Assembly (NCBI GenBank): GCA_947474495.1 | Contig: CANJIM010000004.1 | Span: 517 to 64,516 of the forward strand | From: Rhodospirillaceae bacterium | GTDB lineage: Bacteria > Pseudomonadota > Alphaproteobacteria > SMXQ01 | Direction of reading: 5' to 3' | DNA length: 64,000 nt | Shown here: positions 23,696 through 31,874 of the stretch, piece by piece | How positions within the stretch are numbered: position 1 is the stretch's first letter | Layout of the letters: each line of letters begins with the position of its first letter | Translations under genes and position numbers: made by a program | Notes under the pieces: model-generated | Databases searched by the model: none | Told to the model about the DNA's origin: nothing | What the model saw: only the letters and a program-made list of their open reading frames with translations

Positions 23696-24631
23696 TCATA
23701 CGGTCGCCGGCGGTTTTCGGTCGAGATAGCCGAGCAGGACATCGACCATGATCTTGCGGTTTCCCTTTAGATGAAAAATGAATTTGCTATCGAGTTGGGC
23801 CTTGTTGTAGCGGACGGTTTCCTCGAAGGAAAAATTAAACCTATCTACGGGAAAGACACAGATCCGGGGCTTTAGAGCTAATTTCGCGGCTTTCTTCTTA
23901 TCTAAGAAAACGCTGGTGATCGTATTGAGACTTAGCTGGCCGCCGCGCCAGCGCCGGATGTCTCCGTAATAGTCGGCAAAAAACTTTTCTTGGACCAACT
24001 TTTCGTATGTCGCGACATACGAATTGAAGAACGCTTTTACCAAACCTGTTCGGGGGGGGGCGGCAAAAATAACCCCTTCGTTGAACGGCATAAGATTAGA
24101 CGCGATTCTTAGCGTTACACCTATATCGAAATTCTTTGTAAACAGGTTGCTCAGGTTCAATCCGACGAAGGTGTCGCTATCGAGAAACGCGGTTTGATGA
24201 TCGAACATGCTCGATCTGACGTAGGCCGCCATCGCATAGGCCCTTTCGTATAGTGGCTGTGCGGCGTTGACGTCGAGGACCACCCTGACAATGTTTTCGC
24301 TTTCGGGAATGTTGAAGTGCGGATCGTTCGATACGAAGATGATTCGCAGATTTTTAAAAAGACGGAGCGTGTTCGATAAAGATTTCCAAATAATATAATT
24401 GTAGTCGTATTTACCGAGATCGAGATTCAAGTCGGGATATTTTAGTAGCTGATTTTCAGGCGCCATCGCGACGTGGAACATAAATATATTACAATTTATT
24501 TCTTCTGCCGCCGCGCGATACGCAGAATTGAAACTTGACTTGAGGGCATCAATTTTCGCATTCGCGGCGGGTTCGGGCGTCAAACTAAAACAGGGTGAGG
24601 CCGCCCTCAATACTTGTTCAATGGGAATCAT
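23696..24631 (-). CDS. Hypothetical sugar-transferase-like protein (low GC) containing a C9 homopolymeric tract in the coding strand
   Basis: 311-aa intact ORF with a DSDTF DxD-like motif and AT-rich codon usage. The poly-G run at 24052-24060 encodes AAPPRTG. Confidence 0.5.
   Translation of the reverse strand: MIPIEQVLRAASPCFSLTPEPAANAKIDALKSSFNSAYRAAAEEINCNIFMFHVAMAPENQLLKYPDLNLDLGKYDYNYIIWKSLSNTLRLFKNLRIIFVSNDPHFNIPESENIVRVVLDVNAAQPLYERAYAMAAYVRSSMFDHQTAFLDSDTFVGLNLSNLFTKNFDIGVTLRIASNLMPFNEGVIFAAPPRTGLVKAFFNSYVATYEKLVQEKFFADYYGDIRRWRGGQLSLNTITSVFLDKKKAAKLALKPRICVFPVDRFNFSFEETVRYNKAQLDSKFIFHLKGNRKIMVDVLLGYLDRKPPATV
24052..24060. repeat. Homopolymeric G9 (C9 on the coding strand) tract inside the CDS 23696..24631
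   Basis: Directly visible as cggggggggg/cgg at 24051-24063. Confidence 0.9.
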
Positions 24632-24668
24632 TTGCTTCTCTGGTTCCGATAAATTTCTTTAAGTGACG

Positions 24669-25448
24669 TTAGTGGGCAACGAGGACGGCATAGCCGTACC
24701 AGGTCGTCTCGTCGAGGCCCTTGTCCGTCATCCACCCACCTGTTTCGCAGATTTTGAAGCCGCAGTGCGAAGCGTGACGTTCAATTTCCGGCGCGAACAA
24801 ATAGCGCATGATATGGGTTTCGTGGATGTGCGCCGCCTCGGATCTTAAACCGTTAGATATGGTCACGTCGTAATGAACCGCCACTATGTTGCGTTCGACG
24901 TCCATCTCTGGCGTCGCGGTGCGGATGACTTGCGTTCCGTCCTTGCTGAGGCTCTTGACGCGTCTCTCGGGCCTATCGTGGAGTACCGCCGGACCGTACC
25001 AAAAATCGAAAATAAAAACGCCTCCCGGCCTTAGAGCGGCCCGTGCCGTCTTGAAAAATCCAGCGAGCGATTCGTCGGTCGTTTGGTAATTGACGACATG
25101 GAACAAGGAGACTGCCACATCGAATATGCCCAAGCCGACAGCGTTCGACACGTCCGCTTGGACCAGCGTCACACGCGGACGCGTGTTTTCTGGAAGACGC
25201 GAGACGCTGGCGCGGGCCAAATCCAGCATGCCGGGGCTTATATCGACGCCCTTGACCACATAACCGGCCGCAGCGAACTGGGTCGTGTGGCGCGCGTTGC
25301 CGCAACCGAGATCGATGATCGATTTTGCCTGCGGGGCGTATGCAGAGATTTTGGCTTTAACGAACTCGGACTCTAAAGCGTAGTCCTTGTCCGTATAAAA
25401 CAGTTCGTAATACAGGGCATATCGATCAAAGATCGCCACGGAGGACAT
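24669..25448 (-). CDS. Class I SAM-dependent methyltransferase, TylM1/DesVI-like (predicted sugar N,N-dimethyltransferase)
   Basis: N-terminus FDRYALYYELFY..KDYALESEFVKA and IIDLGCGNARHT (motif I) match the N-terminal pattern of dTDP-aminosugar N-methyltransferases. Confidence 0.6.
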   Translation of the reverse strand: MSSVAIFDRYALYYELFYTDKDYALESEFVKAKISAYAPQAKSIIDLGCGNARHTTQFAAAGYVVKGVDISPGMLDLARASVSRLPENTRPRVTLVQADVSNAVGLGIFDVAVSLFHVVNYQTTDESLAGFFKTARAALRPGGVFIFDFWYGPAVLHDRPERRVKSLSKDGTQVIRTATPEMDVERNIVAVHYDVTISNGLRSEAAHIHETHIMRYLFAPEIERHASHCGFKICETGGWMTDKGLDETTWYGYAVLVAH

Positions 25449-26544
25449 CCTTCAGAGCCGTCGCGGACCGATCGATTTCGTCCTTGGTCGACCCGACGCC
25501 GCTGGGGAGATAAAAGCCGCGGTCCGCGAGCCGCTCCGACTGGGGGTAGCTCTCACCCGCGAAGAGGCCCAAATCGCGAAGCGCCGGCTGCTTGTGCATG
25601 GGCCAGAAGAAATGTCGAGCATCGACGCCTTTGCGCCGCAGGGCCGCGATCGCGGCGGCGGCATCGAGAGGCGCCTCATCGGCCAGGACGACGCCGAATA
25701 CCCAATAGATATTTTTGGCATAATCTGTTTTTGCCTCGGGCAATCGCAATAGAGGTTGGCTGTCGAGACGCTCCCGGTACCAGCGGCCGATCTGGCGCTT
25801 CTTTTCAATCGTGCGCGCAATGACCTCGAGCTGCGCCACGCCGACGGCGGCTTGGAGGTTGCTCATTCTGAAATTCCAGCCTAGCTCGGCGTGGATGTAG
25901 CGCCGCTCCTTGTCGAAAAATAGGTTTCGCGCCGCGCGGCAGCGCTCGGCCAGATCGGGATCGTCGGTCAAGACCATGCCGCCTTCGCCGGTTGTGACGT
26001 GCTTGTTGGGATAAAAGCTGACCGTGCTGATGTCGCCCAGCGATCCGACCTTGCGTTCCTTATATTGTTGGCCTTGCTGTTCGGCGGCATCTTCGATGAT
26101 CTGCAAGCCCCGCTCACGGGCGAGCGCGAAGATAGGATCCATGTCGACTGGTAGGCCGAAGATATGGACGACCATGATGGCTTTGGTTTTGGCCGTGATG
26201 CGCGCCGCGACTTGCCGGACATCCATGTTCCAGGTGACTGGATCGCAATCGACGAGAACGGGCGTCGCGCCGGCGCGTACGATGGCCGCCGCACAGGAGA
26301 TGATCGTGAAAGACGGCAAGATGACTTCATCGTCCGGCCCGATCTTCAGCGCGGCCACGGCGATGTCGAGGGCGCAGCTGCCGTTGCAGACGGCGATGCC
26401 ATGCTTTCGGCCGACGAATGCGGCGAACTCAGCCTCGAGCCGTTTGACGAACGGCCCCTCGGAAGAAATCCAACCGGAATCGATGCATTCGTTCAGGTAT
26501 TTTTTTTCGTTGCCCTCGAGGAGCGGCCGATTCACCGGGATCAT
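25426..26544 (-). CDS. DegT/DnrJ/EryC1/StrS family PLP-dependent sugar aminotransferase (FdtB/TylB-like)
   Basis: NRPLLEGNEKKYLNECIDSGWISSEGPFVKRLEAEFAAFVG, a typical DegT N-terminus. The start is set at an internal Met (the track ORF extends to 26613). Confidence 0.8.
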   Translation of the reverse strand: MIPVNRPLLEGNEKKYLNECIDSGWISSEGPFVKRLEAEFAAFVGRKHGIAVCNGSCALDIAVAALKIGPDDEVILPSFTIISCAAAIVRAGATPVLVDCDPVTWNMDVRQVAARITAKTKAIMVVHIFGLPVDMDPIFALARERGLQIIEDAAEQQGQQYKERKVGSLGDISTVSFYPNKHVTTGEGGMVLTDDPDLAERCRAARNLFFDKERRYIHAELGWNFRMSNLQAAVGVAQLEVIARTIEKKRQIGRWYRERLDSQPLLRLPEAKTDYAKNIYWVFGVVLADEAPLDAAAAIAALRRKGVDARHFFWPMHKQPALRDLGLFAGESYPQSERLADRGFYLPSGVGSTKDEIDRSATALKDVLRGDL

Positions 26545-26548
26545 GGGT

Positions 26549-26980
26549 TTAATCGAAATTGAATGTGTCGGGCGGAGGACAGTCGAATCGTGTCTTGTCG
26601 TCGTCCCCGACATAGGGGCCTTGTTTGATCTCGACCATGTTCAGCTCTTCGAGCACCTCGAAACCATGACCGCCCGAGATCAGCAGAATGACGTCGCCGG
26701 CGCATAGAATGCGGCTCGTCTTGTACGCGTTGATCTGATCGTAAAAATCTACGCGCAGCCGTCCTTTGCGGATGAAGAGCGTTTCTTGCGTATAAAGAAC
26801 TTCTCGGCGGATAGGATTGTGCGTATGGGCCGGAATCAATTTCCCCGATGGGTAAGACATGGCGCCCATCTGCTGGGAAAAATTATTCTGCGTAAAAAAA
26901 TGAATGCCCGGCTCGTTAAAATCGGCAGGCAGAATAATGGCGTAGAGGATTGAGTCGATATATATGTATTCTTGCTGCAT
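26549..26980 (-). CDS. dTDP-4-keto-6-deoxyhexose 3,4-ketoisomerase (FdtA/QdtA/Tyl1a family, WxcM-like cupin)
   Basis: ~140-aa cupin with HTHNPIRREVLYTQETLFIRKGRLRVDFYD and DVILLISGGHGFEVL. Its size and motifs are typical of FdtA. Confidence 0.65.
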   Translation of the reverse strand: MQQEYIYIDSILYAIILPADFNEPGIHFFTQNNFSQQMGAMSYPSGKLIPAHTHNPIRREVLYTQETLFIRKGRLRVDFYDQINAYKTSRILCAGDVILLISGGHGFEVLEELNMVEIKQGPYVGDDDKTRFDCPPPDTFNFD

Positions 26981-27091
26981 GAAGTATTATTCCAGACCCG
27001 CTGGACGCAATAAAGCTTCGCTAAGCAATATCAAATATTGAGACGCTGCACACTGTAAATTCGCAAATCGGAAAACTAAGGCCGATTCAAC

Positions 27092-27802
27092 ATGATTGCC
27101 CCCTTGGTAGAGACTTCCTCCGACGTCACGATCAGCCAAGCCTTGGCAACTGTGCGCAGCGACATCGCCGAGGCGGTGCGCGCCAGCGGGCGCGAGCCAT
27201 CGGCGGTGACCCTGGTTGCCGTCAGCAAAGGCCACGACGCCGATGAAGCGGCGCAAGCCATCGCCGCCGGCCAGCGCGTGTTCGGCGAAAACCGCGTCCA
27301 GGAAGCGCAAGGAAAATGGCCGCCGCTGCGCGCAGCGCACGCCGATCTCGAACTGCATCTGATCGGCCCGCTACAGACCAACAAGGTGCGCGAGGCGGTG
27401 GCGCTGTTCGATGTCATCCAGTCGCTCGACCGCGCCCGCCTCGCCGACGCCCTGGCCGCTGAAATGGACAAGCAGGCCAAGCGGCCGCGCCTGTTCGTGC
27501 AGGTCAACACCGGCGAAGAGGTGCAGAAGGCCGGCGTGTTGCCGGCGGAAGCCGCCGCCTTCGTGCGTTGGTGTCGCGACGAGAAAAAATTACCGGTCGT
27601 CGGTTTGATGTGCATCCCGCCGGTCGATGAAGAGGCGGCGCTGCACTTCGCGCTGCTGCGCGAACTGGCGGAAGATGCCGGCGTGACGCAGCTCAGCATG
27701 GGCATGAGCGCCGACTTCGCGCTCGGCGTCCGCCTCGGCGCGACGCATGTGCGCGTCGGCACAGCTATCTTCGGCGAACGGCATTATCCGCCGAAGGCCT
27801 AA
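27092..27802 (+). CDS. yggS: YggS-family pyridoxal-phosphate homeostasis protein (PLPHP)
   Basis: LVAVSKGH..., FGENRVQE and alanine-racemase-N-like fold motifs. Confidence 0.85.
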   Translation: MIAPLVETSSDVTISQALATVRSDIAEAVRASGREPSAVTLVAVSKGHDADEAAQAIAAGQRVFGENRVQEAQGKWPPLRAAHADLELHLIGPLQTNKVREAVALFDVIQSLDRARLADALAAEMDKQAKRPRLFVQVNTGEEVQKAGVLPAEAAAFVRWCRDEKKLPVVGLMCIPPVDEEAALHFALLRELAEDAGVTQLSMGMSADFALGVRLGATHVRVGTAIFGERHYPPKA

Positions 27803-27818
27803 GTCTTAACGGAAACGA

Positions 27819-28340
27819 TCAACCGGCGACGATTAGCTCGTCGCCCGGCTTCGTCGCCACCAGCAGTTCGATCAGGTCGTCGAGTGTAACGGCGACGCAG
27901 CCTTCGGTGGCGGCGTAATCGGGCGCCGCGACATGCAGGAAGATCGCGCTGCCGTAGCCGCGCCGCACCGGCGCATCGTTGTGGCCGAGCACGACGATCA
28001 CATCGTACAGATGATCGAGCCGCCAGAGATGCTCGTGACTGCCCTTGTGCGGCAGCAGCACCTGACTGTTGTAGGCCGCATCGTTGGGATCGTCGCACCA
28101 GCCGCTCGATGGTTCGATGACGGAGACGGGCAGAGCGATCTCGGGCAGGGTCAGACGATCGGCGCGGTAAAGCACGCGGCGCAGGGGAAAGCGTCCCACC
28201 GGCGTCGCGCCGTCGCCTTCGCGTTTCTCGGGATTGAGTCCGGCGCGGCCCAGCGCGCAGGGCACGCGGTGGCGCTGCCACATCAGCTCGCCGCGATGGC
28301 GCGGCAATGTCTCGGTGTCGGACCAGACGGCGATATCCAT
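27819..28340 (-). CDS. L,D-transpeptidase family (YkuD-like) protein
   Basis: Catalytic H...TEGC signature (IFLHVAAPDYAATEGCVAV). Confidence 0.55.
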   Translation of the reverse strand: MDIAVWSDTETLPRHRGELMWQRHRVPCALGRAGLNPEKREGDGATPVGRFPLRRVLYRADRLTLPEIALPVSVIEPSSGWCDDPNDAAYNSQVLLPHKGSHEHLWRLDHLYDVIVVLGHNDAPVRRGYGSAIFLHVAAPDYAATEGCVAVTLDDLIELLVATKPGDELIVAG

Positions 28341-28385
28341 GGGCCGGTTATAACCGCCGCGCCGCCGCGCGTCACGGGTCGGTAT

Positions 28386-29540
28386 TTACTGCGTGACGTT
28401 GACGGCCGGACGATCGGTGACGCGTTGCATGCTCTGGTATTTTTCCAGCGCCATATTCATGCGCGAGATCAAGTCGGCCGGCACTTGCGGGAAGCCCCCG
28501 GCATCGATCTTTTGCGCTTGCGGCGCCGGGGTGGCCGCGGCGGCGGGCGCGCTATCGACAGGCGGCGCCATCGGATTTTGCGCGGCTGAGTCGGCGCTGC
28601 GCAGCGCGGCGTTCTTCGGCGTGTAGTCGAGGAAGGTGGGGCTAACCCCCGGCGTCGTCGCGGCGCGAATCGTTGTGTCGAGCGAGCCGGCGTTGCGCGG
28701 CTGCGCTTGAGGCGCGCCACCCTGCGCCCGTGTCGTTTGCAACTGGCGGAGCAGCGCCGGATCGCCGGCGAGCGTTTGCGGCGTCGGCAGCGCGCTGCCG
28801 ATGCGGCCGCGCGTGACCGCCGTGGCGAGCGGCACGGCGCTGCCGCCGGCGCCATTGGCCGCTTCATGAACCGGCGCATTGACCGGCAGGGCGCGTGTGT
28901 TGGCGGCGGGCGCCGCGCGCGTTTGAACTGGGGCCGCCGCCGCTTGCGGCGCGGCGGCTTGCGCCACGATGATCGGGGCGGCCGGCGCCTCGGCCGGCGC
29001 GGCCTCGGCGAGCATGGTCGCCGGCGCCACGGTTGTGGGATCGGGGCGCGGCGAGAAATCGCCGGCGTAGAGCACCGGCTCGCGTTCGGGCCGGCCGGTC
29101 GGGGTCGTCGGATCAGTCGGCAGATCGCCATCGCCCTTCATGGCGAGGAGATGCTGGCCGAAGTCGCGACCGGTTTCCTCTTCGACCAGCGAATCGATGC
29201 TGGACGCGATCAGCCCGATGACGCCGCCGAACAAAGTGCCGCCGGCGATGCGCGAGGCCGGGCCGATGCTGTCGCCGGTGATGGAGCGATAAACGGTGCC
29301 GACGATGGGGATATGTTGCAGCGGATTGATGACGTCGAGCAGCGCGCCGAAGCTGAAGCCCTCCTTGCCCCAGATGCGGTCGAAGAAGCCGCGCTCGTCC
29401 TTGCCCGCAACCTTATCGGCGGCCTTGTCGGGCGCGGCCAAGCTGTCGGCCGGCTTCACGCTGTCGCCCTTGGCGGGCGGCGTGCCGAACGATGGCGTGG
29501 CGCCCACGGGGGGCAGGCTGGCGATATCGAGGTTGGACAT
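28386..29540 (-). CDS. Hypothetical protein with a conserved N-terminal region and a Pro/Ala-rich low-complexity C-terminal half
   Basis: Long ORF with coding-like composition and no recognisable motifs. Confidence 0.45.
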   Translation of the reverse strand: MSNLDIASLPPVGATPSFGTPPAKGDSVKPADSLAAPDKAADKVAGKDERGFFDRIWGKEGFSFGALLDVINPLQHIPIVGTVYRSITGDSIGPASRIAGGTLFGGVIGLIASSIDSLVEEETGRDFGQHLLAMKGDGDLPTDPTTPTGRPEREPVLYAGDFSPRPDPTTVAPATMLAEAAPAEAPAAPIIVAQAAAPQAAAAPVQTRAAPAANTRALPVNAPVHEAANGAGGSAVPLATAVTRGRIGSALPTPQTLAGDPALLRQLQTTRAQGGAPQAQPRNAGSLDTTIRAATTPGVSPTFLDYTPKNAALRSADSAAQNPMAPPVDSAPAAAATPAPQAQKIDAGGFPQVPADLISRMNMALEKYQSMQRVTDRPAVNVTQ

Positions 29541-29692
29541 GGTTCTCCTATGCCCTGAGCTCGTAGCAAGCCTGGGGCCAGGAAAAAATCATGATATATC
29601 AGGGGGGTAGATATTCAGGAGCCGGGGCGAAAGCGTCACCCGGCAGGCCTGGCCCGGCAGTTTTTGCCGAATTTGCCGGATCCGGCAGGCCG

Positions 29693-30847
29693 CTAGAACA
29701 AGTGGCCGCTGCGTTTGGCCTTGGTCTCGAGATAGGCCTTGTTGTGCGCGGTGGCCGGGAAGGCGTGCGGCACGCGCTCGACGACCTCGATGCCGCAGGC
29801 CTGCAGGGCCGCGACCTTGTCGGGATTGTTGGTCAGGAGGCGGACGCGGCCATAGCCCATGTCGCGCAGCATCTGCGCCGCCGGCATGTAAAGCCGCTCG
29901 TCGGCGTCGAAGCCGAGCTGCTCGTTGGCGTCGATGGTATCGGCGCCGCCGTCCTGCAGTTGATAGGCGCGCAGTTTGTTGACCAGGCCGATGCCGCGGC
30001 CTTCCTGCGCGAGATAAAGGAGCACGCCGCTGCCGGCATCGGAGATCGCGGCGATGGCGCCGCGCAATTGATCGCCGCAATCGCAGCGCAGGGATCCCAG
30101 CAGATCGCCGGTGAAACATTCCGAATGCAGGCGGATCAGCACCGGCTCGTCGGCTTTCGGCTCGCCGATGACGATGGCGAGATGCTCGATGCCGCCGTCG
30201 CTCGGGCGATAGGCGACGATGCGCGCGTTCTCCGCGTCGAACAGTGGCACGCGCGCCTGGCTCACCGGCTTCAAGCTGCGCGCGGCGCGCATGTCGTAGT
30301 CGGCGACGTCATTGGCGGAGACGACGAGCAGATCGTTGGCGTCGGCGAAGGCGGCGATGTCGCCAATAATGTCCGGCGCGGCGAGCGGCGCGATCAGCGC
30401 GGTCGGCAGCAGGCGCGCCAGCTTGGTCAGATGCACGGCGGCTTCGGCGCTCGCGATGAGACCATCGGCGAGCGCATAGAGCGGCGGCAGACGAAAGCCG
30501 ATGTCGGACGACGGATCGGCGATGTCGCGCACCGATTGCGCCGGCGTGCCCTCGGCGATCTCCAGCGTGACGATCGTCTTGCCGGCCAGATCCGTGAGGC
30601 CGATGGCGTTGGCGCGTCGTTCGGTCAGCACCAACAGGGCAGGGGCGCGACCGAGTTCGGTCAGGCGGGCGAGGCTCTGCGGCGTCACCGCTTCCGCCGC
30701 CTGCACCAGTAAGGCTTGCGCGCCGTCACGCACGACGACGAGACCGCCGCGGCGCAGATCGGCCAGCGCGCGATCCACCGCGATCAGCGGCTCGTGGCCG
30801 GGGGCGGGCGCGCCGCTGCGCGTGGAAGAAGGGGTCCGAAGGGACAT
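29693..30847 (-). CDS. ribA: GTP cyclohydrolase II (RibA), long form with an N-terminal extension lacking obvious DHBP-synthase motifs
   Basis: The C-terminal half has RLHSECFTGDLLGSLRCDCGDQL and LTNNPDK, which are the zinc and GTP motifs of RibA. Confidence 0.8.
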   Translation of the reverse strand: MSLRTPSSTRSGAPAPGHEPLIAVDRALADLRRGGLVVVRDGAQALLVQAAEAVTPQSLARLTELGRAPALLVLTERRANAIGLTDLAGKTIVTLEIAEGTPAQSVRDIADPSSDIGFRLPPLYALADGLIASAEAAVHLTKLARLLPTALIAPLAAPDIIGDIAAFADANDLLVVSANDVADYDMRAARSLKPVSQARVPLFDAENARIVAYRPSDGGIEHLAIVIGEPKADEPVLIRLHSECFTGDLLGSLRCDCGDQLRGAIAAISDAGSGVLLYLAQEGRGIGLVNKLRAYQLQDGGADTIDANEQLGFDADERLYMPAAQMLRDMGYGRVRLLTNNPDKVAALQACGIEVVERVPHAFPATAHNKAYLETKAKRSGHLF

Positions 30848-31124
30848 GAGATCGTGAATATGGGGTCAGGGAACGGGGGCGGGTAGGGCCGAGAGGCAAA
30901 TCGGCCAAGAACGTTCGGTTTGCTTATCATGCGTCTGCCCGCCTGACCACCCCCGCGGGCCTGCTGGGGGCCATCTAAAGCCCTGATCCGGAAGGCCGAA
31001 CCGCGCGTATGCCGTCACAGGGATGTGATGGCTGGCGGGGAATCTGGAGCCCCCTTTTCTTGCGTGGTCCGGGCGTTGGGCTATGCTGCGCCGCCTCAAT
31101 TCAGCCTTGTTTCAATTATAATTT

Positions 31125-31838
31125 TTGGCCATGAACGACACGAACGGCGGCAAGACCGGCAAGCGCATCTTTCTGGTGGACGACGATGGCGACCTGCGGT
31201 CGGCGCTCACCGAGCAGCTGCAGCTCCATGAGGAATTCCAGACGGTTGAGGCCGACACGGCGGCCAAGGCGCTCGAGGTGGTCAAGACCGACTATTTCGA
31301 CGCCATCATCCTCGACGTCGGCCTGCCCGACATGGACGGCCGCGAGGTCTGCCGCCTGATGCGCCGCTCGGGCGTCAAATGCCCCATCGTGATGCTGACC
31401 GGCGCCGATTCGGAAGCCGACACGATTTTGGGGCTCGATTCGGGCGCCAACGACTACATCACCAAGCCCTTCCGCCTCGGCGTGCTGCTCGCGCGGCTGC
31501 GCGCCCAGCTGCGCACGCATGAACAAAGAGAAGACGCCGTCTTCACTATCGGCCCCTACAGCTTCCGCCCCTCGGCGAAGCTGCTGCAGGAAGCCGACGG
31601 CAAAAAGAAAGTGCGCCTGACCGAGAAGGAAACGGCGATCCTCAAATATCTCTATCGCGCCAAGGACCATGTGGTCGGCCGCGATACGCTGCTGGGCGAA
31701 GTGTGGGGCTACAATGCCGGCGTCACCACGCACACGCTGGAGACGCACATTTACCGCCTGCGCCAGAAGATCGAGCGCGATCCGGCGGCGGCGGAAATTC
31801 TTTTGACCGAGCGCGGCGGCTATCGGTTGGCGCCGTAA
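31125..31838 (+). CDS. OmpR-family two-component response regulator (receiver plus winged-helix domain)
   Basis: Receiver motifs IFLVDDDGDL and LDVGLPDMDG, and the C-terminal trans_reg_C motif LTEKETAILKYL...TLETHIYRLRQKI. Confidence 0.85.
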   Translation: MAMNDTNGGKTGKRIFLVDDDGDLRSALTEQLQLHEEFQTVEADTAAKALEVVKTDYFDAIILDVGLPDMDGREVCRLMRRSGVKCPIVMLTGADSEADTILGLDSGANDYITKPFRLGVLLARLRAQLRTHEQREDAVFTIGPYSFRPSAKLLQEADGKKKVRLTEKETAILKYLYRAKDHVVGRDTLLGEVWGYNAGVTTHTLETHIYRLRQKIERDPAAAEILLTERGGYRLAP

Positions 31839-31874
31839 GAGCGCGCCTGCCGGGCCGGCTGGCGACCTTCGCCG

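Noticed and set aside
29591-30712. 373-aa + strand ORF
   Set aside because: It is antisense to ribA and is a GC-composition artefact.
30848-31124. Possible FMN (RFN) riboswitch upstream of ribA
   Set aside because: Neither strand shows the conserved RFN core segments (CCGACxGGCGGUA, GUCAGCAGAUCCGGU). The region is more likely a plain divergent promoter shared with the response-regulator gene.
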